Part shown: one piece after another, positions 9,263 to 19,260 of the stretch
Layout: each line of letters starts with the position of its first letter
Position numbering within the stretch: the first letter of the stretch is position 1
From: Armatimonadota bacterium
GTDB taxonomy: Bacteria > Armatimonadota > SYMT01
Length of the DNA: 64,000 bases
Assembly: GCA_041690135.1 (NCBI GenBank)
Contig: JAWLHY010000002.1
Location: 224,001-288,000 of the forward strand
Reading direction: 5' to 3'
Program-made: the position numbers and the translations under genes
Notes under the pieces: generated by a model
Seen by the model: the letters and a program-made list of their open reading frames with translations, nothing else
The model's database searches: none
Told to the model about the DNA's origin: nothing

Positions 9263-11566
9263 ATGCGGTGGATCGCAGGGATTTCAGTCAGCCTGGCGCT
9301 GGGAGCCGGAGCGGCGCTGGCGTGGGCCGCGGAGCCGTTGCCGGAGGGGAAACCGGTGCCTCCAGCCAGTGTCCCGGTGGCCACCGGCGAGACCGCAAAG
9401 TTCTTCGAGACCCGGGTGCGCCCGGTCCTGGCGCAGCACTGCTTCGCGTGCCACGGCGAGAAGGCGCAGAAAGGCGGGCTGCGGCTGGATACGGCCGCCG
9501 GTTTCTTCAAAGGCGGCGACACCGGCTCGCTGGTCACCCCCGGCGATCCCGAAAAGAGCCTGCTCCTCCATGCGGTCCGGTACGACGGCCCGGTGAAGAT
9601 GCCCCCGCACGGCAAGCTGTCGCCCCGCCAGATCGAGGATCTCGCCGCCTGGGTCAAGCTCGGCGCGCCCTGGCCGGAGTATGGGGGCAGGGGGTCAGGA
9701 GTCAGGGGCCAGGGGGGGAAGGGGAAATTGACAATTGACAATTCGCAATTGTCAATTGTCAATTCGGGGACCGCACGCAATTGGTGGTCGTTTCAGCCGG
9801 TAAAGGCTCCTGCGATCCCCAGGGTCAAAAATGCGGCCGCGGTGCGGAACCCGATCGATGCTTTCGTGCAGGCGAAGCTCGCGGTGAAGGGGCTCAAGCC
9901 CTCTCCGGAAGCCTCGAAGCGGGAGTTGATCCGGCGTGCTACCTTCGAACTGATTGGCCTGCCGCCCACTCCGGATGAGGTGGACGCCTTCCTGGCGGAT
10001 CAGTCGCCGGAAGCCTATGAGAAGCTGATCGACCGGCTGCTGGCGCGGCCGCAGTACGGGGAGCGGTGGGGACGGCACTGGCTGGACGTGGTCCGCTTCG
10101 CGCAGACGAACGGCTACGAGCGCGACGCAGAGAAGCCGTTCGCCTGGCGCTACCGCGACTACGTCATCCAGAGCTTCAATGAAGACAAGCCTTACGACCA
10201 GTTCGTCCGCGAGCAGATCGCGGGCGACGAACTGGACACCGTGACCGACGCCTCCCTCGTCGCGACTGCCTTCTACCGGCTGGGTGTGTGGGACGACGAG
10301 CCGGACGACGCGCGCCAGGCGGAGTTCGACAACCTGGACGATATGCTCTCCACGCTTGGATCGGCGTTCATGGGCCTCACGGTCGGCTGCGCCCGCTGTC
10401 ACGACCACAAGTTCGATCCGATCTCGCAGGCGGAGTACTACTCGCTCCTGACGTTCCTTCGCAACATCAAGCGGTATGTGAAGCATGACGACAAGAGCGC
10501 CGACCAGGTGATCTTCGCGCCCCTGAAGGGAGGCGAGAAGACCCTGGCGGTGGTGGAGAATGGCGCGGTCCCGCCGAAGACCCATGTGCTCATCCGTGGG
10601 AGCGCCGCCACACCGGCCGCGGAAGTGCAGCCGGGGTTCATCCGTGTCCTGTGCGGCTCAGAGGCGGCCACGCAGCCGGTCATTCCCGCCGCCCAGCCGG
10701 GTGCGAAGACCAGTGGCCGGCGGCGCGTTCTGGCCGAGTGGCTGGCGAGCCCGCACCACCCCCTCACTGCCCGGGTAATGGCCAATCGCCTGTGGCACTA
10801 CCACTTCGGGCGCGGCCTGGTGGCGACCCCCAACGACTTCGGGCGCACCGGCCTGGCGCCCACCCATCCGGAACTGCTCGATTACCTGGCTTCCGAGCTG
10901 GTTGAGGGCGGCTGGAAGCTCAAGCGGATGCATCGCCTGATCATGCTCTCCGCTACCTACCGGCAGGCCTCGCGGGCGGAGAACCCGAAGGCGGTGGCGG
11001 TAGACCCCGGCAACCGGCTGCTCTGGCGCCAGAACCTGCGGCGGCTCGAGGCGGAAGCGATCCGGGACGCGATCCTGGCGACCAGCGGCAAGTTGAACCT
11101 GGCGATGGGCGGGCGGGGAGTCTTCCCGGCGCTACCGCCGGAGGTGCTGGCCACCCAGTCCGCACCCGGATCCGGCTGGGGGAAGTCGGATGAAGCGGAG
11201 CGTTCCCGGCGCAGCGTCTACATCTTCATCAAGCGGACCCTGGGGGTGCCGCTGCTGGAGACGTTCGACCTGGCGACGCCGGACAACTCCATCGCGGCTC
11301 GCGCCACGACCACGGTCGCGCCGCAGGCCCTGATCCTGCTGAACAGCACCTTCGCGGACGAACAGGCGGCGGCCTTCGCCCAGCGGCTGGAAAAGGAAGC
11401 AGGTGCGGGAACGGATGCCCGGATTGAGCGCGCCTTCCGGCTCGCCCTCGCCCGGCGCCCGACCCCTCGGGAGCTGGAGATTGCCCGTTCTTATATCGAT
11501 CGCCACACGCTTGCGGCCTTCTGCAAGGTGGTGCTGAACTTGAATGAGTTCGTGTACATAGATTGA
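9263..11566 (+). CDS. PSD1 / planctomycete cytochrome c domain protein (PSCyt1-DUF1549-DUF1553)
   Basis: Signal peptide, CFACH and CARCHDHK heme motifs, NPIDAF, YGERWGRHWLD, HPELLDYLA, RLEAEAIRD, PQALILLN, NEFVYID. Confidence 0.95.
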   Translation: MRWIAGISVSLALGAGAALAWAAEPLPEGKPVPPASVPVATGETAKFFETRVRPVLAQHCFACHGEKAQKGGLRLDTAAGFFKGGDTGSLVTPGDPEKSLLLHAVRYDGPVKMPPHGKLSPRQIEDLAAWVKLGAPWPEYGGRGSGVRGQGGKGKLTIDNSQLSIVNSGTARNWWSFQPVKAPAIPRVKNAAAVRNPIDAFVQAKLAVKGLKPSPEASKRELIRRATFELIGLPPTPDEVDAFLADQSPEAYEKLIDRLLARPQYGERWGRHWLDVVRFAQTNGYERDAEKPFAWRYRDYVIQSFNEDKPYDQFVREQIAGDELDTVTDASLVATAFYRLGVWDDEPDDARQAEFDNLDDMLSTLGSAFMGLTVGCARCHDHKFDPISQAEYYSLLTFLRNIKRYVKHDDKSADQVIFAPLKGGEKTLAVVENGAVPPKTHVLIRGSAATPAAEVQPGFIRVLCGSEAATQPVIPAAQPGAKTSGRRRVLAEWLASPHHPLTARVMANRLWHYHFGRGLVATPNDFGRTGLAPTHPELLDYLASELVEGGWKLKRMHRLIMLSATYRQASRAENPKAVAVDPGNRLLWRQNLRRLEAEAIRDAILATSGKLNLAMGGRGVFPALPPEVLATQSAPGSGWGKSDEAERSRRSVYIFIKRTLGVPLLETFDLATPDNSIAARATTTVAPQALILLNSTFADEQAAAFAQRLEKEAGAGTDARIERAFRLALARRPTPRELEIARSYIDRHTLAAFCKVVLNLNEFVYID
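9683..9764. repeat. In-frame heptamer-repeat and palindrome insertion within the PSD1 gene
   Basis: GGTCAGG/AGTCAGG/GGCCAGG units, then perfect IR AATTGACAATTGACAATT-CGC-AATTGTCAATTGTCAATT (9726-9764). Confidence 0.85.
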
Positions 11567-13059
11567 GGGTGGAGATGGCACGTAAAAACTGCATCGGCAC
11601 GCGACGCCAGTTCCTCTGGGAGATGGGGGCGGGGTTTACGGGCCTGGCGCTAGCCGACCTCCTGGACCGGGACGGGTTCTTCACGGGTCCCGCCGCGGCG
11701 GCACAACCCGCGAAGGCAGGGGGGAGTTACACCCACCCGCTGGCCCCGCGCGAGGCGCACTTCGCGCCGAAGGCGAAGCATGTCATCTTCTTCTTCCTGT
11801 ACGGCGGCCCGCCCTCGATGGATACCTTCGACTACAAGCCCGAGCTCCAGAAGCGGGACGGGCAGACGGTCGACATCGAGATCCGCCGGGGCTCCATCCA
11901 GAAGCAGACCCTGCTCGCCTCCCGCCGCAAGTTCGCGCAGTACGGGAAGTCCGGCCTCTGGTGCAGCGATGCCTTCCCGAACATCGCGAAGCACATGGAC
12001 GAGCTCTGCGTCATCAAGAGCCTCTACGCGGATACTTTCGCCCACGGCTCGGCGATGATCCAGATGAACAGCGGCCGGATCATCCAGGGTTACCCCTCCA
12101 TGGGCTCATGGCTGAACTACGGCCTGGGCAGCATGAACCAGAACCTGCCGGGCTACGTGGTGATGCTCGATCCGCGCGGCGGCCCGATCTCCGGGGCGGC
12201 GAACTGGTCGAGCGGTTTCATGCCGGCGGCCTACCAGGGCACCTACCTCCGCAGCAAAGGGGAGCCGATCCTCGACCTGGCGCCGAAGAATGGGATGTCG
12301 CCCGCGGCCCAGCGGGAGCAGATCGACACCCTGAACGCACTGAACGCGGAACACCTGAAGTCCCGCCCCGGCTACTCCGAGCTGCAGGCGCGCATCGCCA
12401 GCTACGAGCTCGCCTTCCAGCTCCAGACGACCGCGCCGGAGGTGATGGACCTCTCCCAGGAGAGCGAGAAGACGCTGGAGAGGTACGGCATCCACCAGCC
12501 CAAGCCGAACACGCACCCGCTGGCACAGGGCCCCTCCTACTTCGGCCGCCAGTGCCTCACCGCGCGGCGCCTCATCGAACGGGGGGTGCGCTACGTGCAG
12601 ATCTACTCCGGCGGAGGTCACCAGCAGGAGAACTGGGACGCGCACGAGGGGGTGGAGCAGAACCTGCTGATCCACGCGCCGGAGATCGACCAGCCGATCC
12701 ATGCGCTGCTGACCGATCTGAAGCAGCGGGGGCTACTCGAAGAGACCCTGCTGGTGTGGGGCGGGGAGTTCGGACGGCAGCCGGTGACGCAGGGCCAGCA
12801 CCAGGGGCGCGACCACAACCCGAAGGGCTTCTGCTACTGGCTGGCCGGCGGCGGCGTGAAGGGCGGCACCAGCTACGGCGAAACGGACGAACTGGGCCAC
12901 GAGGCGGTGGTCAACCGCACCCACATCCGCGACCTGCATGCCACCATCCTTCACCTCATGGGCCTCGACCATAACAAGCTGACCTACTTCTACGGTGGCC
13001 TGGACCACAAGCTCACCGGGGTTCAGGAAGCGCACGTGATCCGGGAGATCCTGGCGTAA
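11563..13059 (+). CDS. DUF1501 domain protein (Tat-like signal)
   Basis: TRRQFL, AKHVIFFFLYGGP...DTFDYKP, YELAFQLQ, ARRLIERGVRYVQ, WDAH, GEFGR, GRDHNP, DLHATILHLMG; typical partner of PSD1. Confidence 0.95.
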   Translation: MRVEMARKNCIGTRRQFLWEMGAGFTGLALADLLDRDGFFTGPAAAAQPAKAGGSYTHPLAPREAHFAPKAKHVIFFFLYGGPPSMDTFDYKPELQKRDGQTVDIEIRRGSIQKQTLLASRRKFAQYGKSGLWCSDAFPNIAKHMDELCVIKSLYADTFAHGSAMIQMNSGRIIQGYPSMGSWLNYGLGSMNQNLPGYVVMLDPRGGPISGAANWSSGFMPAAYQGTYLRSKGEPILDLAPKNGMSPAAQREQIDTLNALNAEHLKSRPGYSELQARIASYELAFQLQTTAPEVMDLSQESEKTLERYGIHQPKPNTHPLAQGPSYFGRQCLTARRLIERGVRYVQIYSGGGHQQENWDAHEGVEQNLLIHAPEIDQPIHALLTDLKQRGLLEETLLVWGGEFGRQPVTQGQHQGRDHNPKGFCYWLAGGGVKGGTSYGETDELGHEAVVNRTHIRDLHATILHLMGLDHNKLTYFYGGLDHKLTGVQEAHVIREILA

Positions 13060-13070
13060 GTGGAACCCTC

Positions 13071-13392
13071 CAGGTGGGGCTGGTCGTCAACGGGGAAGCG
13101 GTAGCCGCGCAGGCAGTGTCAGCGGACGACCGGATGCATGCGCTGCGATTCCGGGTAAAGATCGACCGGAGCAGTTAAGTGGCGCTGCGGCAGTTCCCGC
13201 AGTTGCATACGAACCCGGTGAACGTGCTGATCGGTGGGAAACCGATCCGGCCCTTGTGCCGGAGCGATCGAGCAGTTGTGGCGGAACCGGGAGCGGTCCA
13301 TTCGACCGGAGAAGCGGGAGGAGGCAGGCCGGACCTATGCCCGAGTGCTCGAGCAGTACCGGCGGATCGTTTCCGAGGCGGCCGTGGATTGA
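13071..13392 (+). pseudogene. Fragment resembling the C-terminus of CehA/McbA-family metallohydrolases
   Basis: QVGLVVNGEAVAAQAVSADDRMHALRFRVKIDRSS*VALRQFPQLHTNPVNVLIGGKPIR (in-frame TAA 13176-13178), then a frameshift to CAGAIEQLWRNRERSIRPEKREEAGRTYARVLEQYRRIVSEA*; no N-terminus. Confidence 0.65.
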
Positions 13393-13637
13393 CGCCGGGG
13401 TGATCCCAGAGTGGAGTTTTGGGGCTGGGGTGCGGCGGATCGCGCACCCGGACTCTCGCAGGGCTGAACCCCTGCGCTCTGCAACCGCACCGTCCCCGCA
13501 CCCACACCCACTCCGTGGGTACCCGGGCGTAAACCTGCGCGGGCACGTTCGACGCACATTGGGTGACCTTCGGACACGAGTGATACCCGCGCATAATCCA
13601 AGGGTTCTGCCACTGCTTTGAATACGGACCGATACTG

Positions 13638-14177
13638 ATGGAACAGCGTATGCAGGTGGCGCAGTGCGAGGAACCAGTACCGGCGTCGGAATTGTCACCC
13701 AGGCGGGTGGCGGCGCTGCTGGTGGTGCTGGCGGCACATCTGGTGGCGGCGCTGGGGTTGTGGTGGGCGGACCGGGCGCAGTGGCTCGATACATTAAGTT
13801 GGGCGGTGGCGCCCGGTTTCGGGCTGCTCGGCTATTTCCTGCTGCTTGGGTTCATCAGCGCCGGGTGTGGGGTCCCCGCGAACCGGGTCGCGGCGGTGCT
13901 GGTGTGCTACGGGGCGGCGTTCTCCACGGATGCCCTCCTTCCCTGGCTCTGGCCGCTCTCCGCCGGCCTGCCGGTAGAGCCGGACCACCTGGGGATGGTC
14001 CTGGGCGTGTTCCCGGTGCTGGCGGCCGCGGTGCTTGTTTACGAACTGCCGCGTATCCCCTTCGCAGCGAAACCGGCCTTCTGGATTGCGGGGGTCTACC
14101 TGATCGCTATCCACCTTTACAACGGCCTGGACCCTTACGAGCAGATGCGCTTGTTCGGGGGCGGGGAGATCGTTTGA
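13638..14177 (+). CDS. Hypothetical integral membrane protein
   Basis: About five hydrophobic segments; start uncertain. Confidence 0.6.
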   Translation: MEQRMQVAQCEEPVPASELSPRRVAALLVVLAAHLVAALGLWWADRAQWLDTLSWAVAPGFGLLGYFLLLGFISAGCGVPANRVAAVLVCYGAAFSTDALLPWLWPLSAGLPVEPDHLGMVLGVFPVLAAAVLVYELPRIPFAAKPAFWIAGVYLIAIHLYNGLDPYEQMRLFGGGEIV

Positions 14178-14305
14178 AGGATGAAGGCGGAAGGATGAAG
14201 GATGAAGGGTGCCTTCGGCCGATCAGGATGAGGATTACGATTAAGATCAGGAGAGAGACGCCTGATGGTGGGAGTGGGAGTGGGAGTAGGAGTAGGAGTA
14301 GGAGG
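14175..14305 (+). repeat. Purine-rich short tandem repeats (7-mer and 6-mer blocks)
   Basis: (A)TGAAGG-type heptamers, GAT[C/G/T]A[G/C/A] hexamers and GGAGT[G/A] hexamers in succession. Confidence 0.8.
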
Positions 14306-14451
14306 GGGCAAGGAGCCGTGTTGCTGGTCGCACGCAGGAGGGCCGCGGCATTGGGGCGAAGATTCTCCTTCGGGCTGGTGCGCCCTGGGGCAGTGGGGTT
14401 GAGTTCTTCTTCCGCTCCCCGAACTCGATTTGTTGAAGGAGCAAAGAAGCG

Positions 14452-15114
14452 ATGAACCGAAGGATGGTCCTCCGCGCGGCGGGTCTGGGGCTGGCGGGCC
14501 TGGCGGCGCTGCCCGTGGCCGCGCAGGAAAAAAAGAAGAAGGGCTGGGTGGTGCTGTTCGACGGCAAGACCCTGGAAGGCTGGACGCAGAAGAACGGCAC
14601 CGCCACCTACCGGGTGGAGGACGGCGTCGTCGTGGGCAAGACGAGCGAGGGGAGCCCCAACTCCTTCCTCTGCACCAACAAGGAGTACGGCGACTTCGAA
14701 CTGACCTTCGAGGTCAAGGTGGATGACGAGCTGAACTCGGGCGTCCAGATCCGCTCGGCCAGCAAGACGGAGTTCAACAACGGCCGGGTCCACGGCCCGC
14801 AGGTGGAGATCGCCACCAACGGCACCGCCGGCTTCATCTACGGTGAGGGGCTGAACACCGGCTGGCTCAGCGAGGACCGCACCAACGCGGCTGCGGTCGC
14901 CGCTTTCAAAAAGGGCGAATGGAACAAGTACCGCGTGGTGGCGAAGGGCAAGTCGATCAAGACCTGGGTCAACGGGGTGCCCGTGGCGGACCTGGTGGAT
15001 GAGAAGACCAACATGGCCTCCGGCTTTATCGGCCTGCAGGTCCACAGCATCAAGAAGGGGACCGGCCCCTACGAGGTGCGCTGGCGCAACATCCGGATCC
15101 GCGAAGCGAAGTAA
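14452..15114 (+). CDS. DUF1080 (3-keto-disaccharide hydrolase-like) secreted protein
   Basis: NRRMVL Tat-like signal, LFDGKTLEGW, YGDFEL, NSGVQIRS, GEWNKY, GFIGLQVH, WRNIRIRE. Confidence 0.92.
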   Translation: MNRRMVLRAAGLGLAGLAALPVAAQEKKKKGWVVLFDGKTLEGWTQKNGTATYRVEDGVVVGKTSEGSPNSFLCTNKEYGDFELTFEVKVDDELNSGVQIRSASKTEFNNGRVHGPQVEIATNGTAGFIYGEGLNTGWLSEDRTNAAAVAAFKKGEWNKYRVVAKGKSIKTWVNGVPVADLVDEKTNMASGFIGLQVHSIKKGTGPYEVRWRNIRIREAK

Positions 15115-15253
15115 CGGGATCGCGGCGGCCCGTTAGCAGTCGCCTTCATAATCGATGTCGTTCCGAGGTGCGGGGCGCGCGTGTTCTCTCCGGAGAAGAC
15201 CCGCGCCCCGCCTCGCATGGGGCAGGGCAATACGAGAAGGAGGCGGGAAGAGC

Positions 15254-16135
15254 ATGCAGGAGCGAGCGCTGGAGGGAGCGGTTGCGGTAGTCACGGGCGC
15301 CAGCCGGGGTGCGGGCCGGGGGATTGCGCTGGAGTTGGGCGCCGCCGGGGCGACGGTTTACGTGACGGGTCGCAGTGTGCGGGGAGAGCCGGGATCCGGT
15401 TACGAGCGGTTTCTGGAGCATCACCGGATGGAGCAGGCGCCGGGCACGATCGAGGAGACGGCGGAAGAGGTGTCGCGCCTGGGCGGGCGGGGGATCCCCG
15501 TGCGCTGCGACCACACGAATGAAGCGGAAGTGGCCGCGCTGTTCGAGCGGGTCGAGCGGGAGAGCAGTAAGCTGGACCTCCTGGTGAACAACGCCTGGGG
15601 CGGCCATCAGAACCCGATCGGCCGGGGTCCGTTTTGGGAAGAGCCGCTGGGGCACTGGGAGGGCATGTTCCAGTCCGGGCTGCGGAACCACCTGGTAGCC
15701 TCCTACTGTGCGGCGCCGCTCCTGGTCCGCCAGCGGCACGGGCTTGTCGTCACCATTACCTTCTGGGACCGCGATCGCTACATCGATAACCTCTTCTACG
15801 ATCTGGCAAAAGCCGGGATGACGCGCCTCGCGTTCGGGATGGCGCAGGACTTCCGACCGCACCAGGTGGCGTCGATCGCCCTTTCCCCCGGCTGGATGCG
15901 CACGGAGCTGGTGCTGGGGGTCTCCGGCACGGATGAGGAGCACTGGAAGGAATCCCCGGAGCTTCAGGGGACCGAAAGCCCGCGATATGTCGGCCGGGCA
16001 GTGGTCGCACTGGCGACGGACCCGAAGGTGATGGAGAAGTCCGGGCGGGTTTTCCGCACCGGCGACCTGGCAAAGGAGTACGGTTTTACGGACATTGATG
16101 GCCGGTGGATTCCGCCGTTCGAGATTGGGGACTGA
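15254..16135 (+). CDS. Short-chain dehydrogenase/reductase (DHRS1-like)
   Basis: [18 protein letters not shown], YxxxK (YDLAK), [18 protein letters not shown]. Confidence 0.92.
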   Translation: MQERALEGAVAVVTGASRGAGRGIALELGAAGATVYVTGRSVRGEPGSGYERFLEHHRMEQAPGTIEETAEEVSRLGGRGIPVRCDHTNEAEVAALFERVERESSKLDLLVNNAWGGHQNPIGRGPFWEEPLGHWEGMFQSGLRNHLVASYCAAPLLVRQRHGLVVTITFWDRDRYIDNLFYDLAKAGMTRLAFGMAQDFRPHQVASIALSPGWMRTELVLGVSGTDEEHWKESPELQGTESPRYVGRAVVALATDPKVMEKSGRVFRTGDLAKEYGFTDIDGRWIPPFEIGD

Positions 16136-16212
16136 ACTTCATCCGGATGGGGGCTCTAGCCAGGGATAGCAGTCCACTCTATAATCGGGGCAGCGATGGA
16201 GAGACTGCCGGA

Positions 16213-18147
16213 ATGAGCAACAAATTCGACGTGATCGTGGTGGGGACGGGGCACGCGGGCTGTGAGGCCGCGCTGGCGTCGGCACGGATGGGCCGCCGGA
16301 CGCTGGCCGTGACCCTGAACCTGGACAATATCGGCCACATGCCGTGCAACTGCTCGGTCGGGGGACCGGCCAAGGGGCATGTGGTCCGGGAGATCGACGC
16401 CCTGGGTGGGGAGATGGGGGTGAATACGGACCACACCCTCACCCACATGCGGATGCTCAACACCGGCAAGGGACCGGCGGTCCAGGCCCTGCGCGCGCAG
16501 GCGGACAAGCAGCACTACCAGGACCGCATGGGCCAGGTGCTGCGTGCCCAGCCGAACCTCACCCTCGCCGGCGAGATCGTCGCTGAGTTAATTGTGGAGG
16601 GCTGCGCCGACGGCCAGGGGCCAGGGGCCAGGGGCCAGGGGGGAGAGGGGCAGGCGTACCGTATTCTGGGAATCCGCTGTGAGTCGGGGGCCGAGTACTT
16701 CGCGCCGGCGGTGATCATCACCACAGGGACGTTCCTGCGGGGCCTCTGCCATATCGGGGAGGAGAAGGTGCAGGCCGGCCGCCACGGCGAGCCACCCGCC
16801 ATCTCGCTCTCGGACCACCTGCGCGCGCTGGGTTTCGAGGTGTCGCGGTTCAAGACCGGGACGACGCCCCGGATCGCCATGGAGTCGCTCGATCTGAGCC
16901 GCACGGAGTTGCAGCCCTCGGACGACGATCCGGAGCCGTTCAGCTATCTCCACGACCAGCTGGAGCAGGAGGGGCTGCTGCCCTGCTGGCAGACGTACAC
17001 GACGCCGGAAACGCACCGGATCATCCGCGAGAACCTGCACCGCTCCGCGATGTACGGCGGCCATATCGAGGGGGTGGGCCCGCGCTACTGCCCGTCCATC
17101 GAGGATAAGGTCGTCAAGTTCCCGGACAAGGACCGCCACGGAATCTTCCTGGAGCAGGAGGGCTGGCACACGAACTGGATCTACGTGCAAGGAATGTCGA
17201 CCAGTCTCCCGGCGGAGATCCAGCTCAAGTTCCTCCACTCCATTCCGGGGTTGGAAGCGTGCGAGATGCTCCGCCCCGGTTACGCGGTGGAGTACGACTG
17301 CGTGCTGCCCACCCAGCTCACGCCGTGGCTGGAGACGAAGCGGGTCCGCGGTCTGTTTCTGGCCGGCCAGATCAACGGCACCTCCGGCTACGAAGAGGCG
17401 GGGGGCCAGGGCCTGATCGCGGGGATCAACGCCGCGCTCCGTGCCGAGCGGGAAGATGCCGAGCCGTTTACACTGGACCGGGGGGAATCGTACATCGGCG
17501 TGATGATCGACGACCTGGTGACGAAGGGGACCTTCGAGCCGTACCGGCTGCTCACCTCGCGCGCCGAGCACCGGCTGATCCTGCGCCACGACAACGCGGA
17601 TCTCCGCCTCACCGCGAAGGGCCGCGCGCTGGGCCTTGTCTCGGACGAGCGGTGGAGCCGGTTCCTGGAGCGGCAGTCCACACTTGAAGACGCGAAGCAG
17701 CGCCTGGGGCGGGTGAACCTGCAGCCCGGCTTTTCGTTTGGGGGGCTGCGCGGACCGGTGACGTTGGACAAGCAGGCGCAGGGTCCACAGTTCCTGCGCC
17801 GGCCGGACGTGGATCACCATGTGCTGCGCCGGGAGTTTCCGCAGTTCGCGGAGACGCCTCGGTTCGTGCTCCGCGACCTGGAGATCCACGCCAAGTACGA
17901 GGGGTACATCGAGCGCCAGCACGAGGAAGTGGAGCGCCAGCGGCGGATGGAGAGCCGCGCGATCCCGGACGATCTCGACTACCGGGAGATCCACGGGCTC
18001 TCCACCGAAGGGCGCGAGAAGCTGATCCGGCTCCGACCGCGCAGCCTGGGTCAGGCCGCGCGGATCCCAGGCCTCACCCCGGCGGATATCAGCGTGCTGA
18101 TGATCGCCCTGGAAGCCGCCCGGAGACGCGTTCCCGTTAAGGGATAA
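16213..18147 (+). CDS. mnmG: tRNA uridine-5-carboxymethylaminomethyl(34) synthesis enzyme MnmG
   Basis: [70 protein letters not shown]. Confidence 0.97.
   Translation: MSNKFDVIVVGTGHAGCEAALASARMGRRTLAVTLNLDNIGHMPCNCSVGGPAKGHVVREIDALGGEMGVNTDHTLTHMRMLNTGKGPAVQALRAQADKQHYQDRMGQVLRAQPNLTLAGEIVAELIVEGCADGQGPGARGQGGEGQAYRILGIRCESGAEYFAPAVIITTGTFLRGLCHIGEEKVQAGRHGEPPAISLSDHLRALGFEVSRFKTGTTPRIAMESLDLSRTELQPSDDDPEPFSYLHDQLEQEGLLPCWQTYTTPETHRIIRENLHRSAMYGGHIEGVGPRYCPSIEDKVVKFPDKDRHGIFLEQEGWHTNWIYVQGMSTSLPAEIQLKFLHSIPGLEACEMLRPGYAVEYDCVLPTQLTPWLETKRVRGLFLAGQINGTSGYEEAGGQGLIAGINAALRAEREDAEPFTLDRGESYIGVMIDDLVTKGTFEPYRLLTSRAEHRLILRHDNADLRLTAKGRALGLVSDERWSRFLERQSTLEDAKQRLGRVNLQPGFSFGGLRGPVTLDKQAQGPQFLRRPDVDHHVLRREFPQFAETPRFVLRDLEIHAKYEGYIERQHEEVERQRRMESRAIPDDLDYREIHGLSTEGREKLIRLRPRSLGQAARIPGLTPADISVLMIALEAARRRVPVKG
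16612..16639 (+). repeat. (GGCCAGG)4 heptamer array inside mnmG
   Basis: Four exact copies within the segment translated as [11 protein letters not shown], in a presumed loop. Confidence 0.85.
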
Positions 18148-18901
18148 CCAGCCTCCCCACCACCAGGGACTTCTGGGTCTGGTCGTAGAAGGTGGAGTAC
18201 TTGCTGGTGCTCCAGCAGTGCCCCACCACCTGGTCGTCCGCGGCATCCGCAAAGACGACCATCTTCCCCGCGCCGACGCCATTGTCCGGGCCGTTGGTGT
18301 CGGGTCGGGTCTTTCGGGTGTCGTCGGCGCCGTGGTAACTGGAGCTGGAGTCGATCACCAGCACCTCATACTTGCGGATCCCGTTCGTTTCGGAGACCAG
18401 TTGCGGCGCGGCGGCAATCATCGCTACGTGGCCCGTGCTGCTCGACTGGACGGCGATGTTCTTGATGGCGATGAAGTCGCCCGGCTGCCAGTCGCCGACC
18501 CGGCCCATCACCACGAAATTCAGGCGCCGGTGCGGGCGCGTGCTGTAGCTCTGCTGTGGCCCGATGAACCAGTCGTGGTATTTCGCCGCCGTTGGGCTCG
18601 TGGAGCCCATGTTCCGGTAGAAGTCCGACTCGGTGTAACCGTAGGTGTGCTGGATCAGCCGGGAGACGAACTGGGAGCAGACCGTCCGGTTCGACGGAGG
18701 CGCATCTGTGCCCACCCAGCTCACCACGCTATCTTTGTTGTAGATGTTGTCGGCCGGCTCGATGGTCGCGACCAGAGCTTCCGCCTCCAGTTGGTGGATG
18801 GGGGCGCCGGTGGCATTCCCCCGCGCTGCCACGGCCAGGGGCAGGCTGAGAGCCGCCGCGCAGACCATTCCCCGAACCCACTTGCCGCGGGTTTTGTTCA
18901 C
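18137..18901 (-). CDS. Secreted protein, possible NlpC/P60-like cysteine amidase fold
   Basis: GTG start after GAGGAGG; signal peptide; TVCSQFV (Cys), PGDFIAI, TGHVAMI (His), VIDSS. Confidence 0.6.
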   Translation of the reverse strand: MNKTRGKWVRGMVCAAALSLPLAVAARGNATGAPIHQLEAEALVATIEPADNIYNKDSVVSWVGTDAPPSNRTVCSQFVSRLIQHTYGYTESDFYRNMGSTSPTAAKYHDWFIGPQQSYSTRPHRRLNFVVMGRVGDWQPGDFIAIKNIAVQSSSTGHVAMIAAAPQLVSETNGIRKYEVLVIDSSSSYHGADDTRKTRPDTNGPDNGVGAGKMVVFADAADDQVVGHCWSTSKYSTFYDQTQKSLVVGRLVIP

Positions 18902-19082
18902 TGCCGTTTCCTCCTCTTGCCGCGCCGGTCGTCCCTGACGGTGCGCGGGCTGTTGTTTGCGTTCCCAGAGGCCGGCTAGTTCGCCCGGCCAGGCAGAGTA
19001 TGCACGCCAGGCGACAGTGGAGGCTGTGGCAGGGTTCACAGGCGGGAGGTGAACCGCTCGCAAGCACGGCCGGCGGTACAAG

Positions 19083-19115
19083 AAAAAGCCCGCCGGAAGT
19101 ACTGCATCCGGCGGG
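19083..19115 (-). terminator. Putative intrinsic terminator
   Basis: 9-bp stem CCCGCCGGA/TCCGGCGGG followed by CTTTTT on the minus strand, downstream of the GNAT gene. Confidence 0.6.
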
Positions 19116-19260
19116 AAGCGGTCCCTCCCCCATGCAGGCGAGACCGCGGGTTAAGAGGCTCCCACAGCCAGCATACCCGCTGGGCCCGCGAGCGTGACAG
19201 AGATTCCGTTAGCCCGTTTCGTCTTGATCCTGGAAGTGGCTTTCGGGCCTGGAAGGCGTG

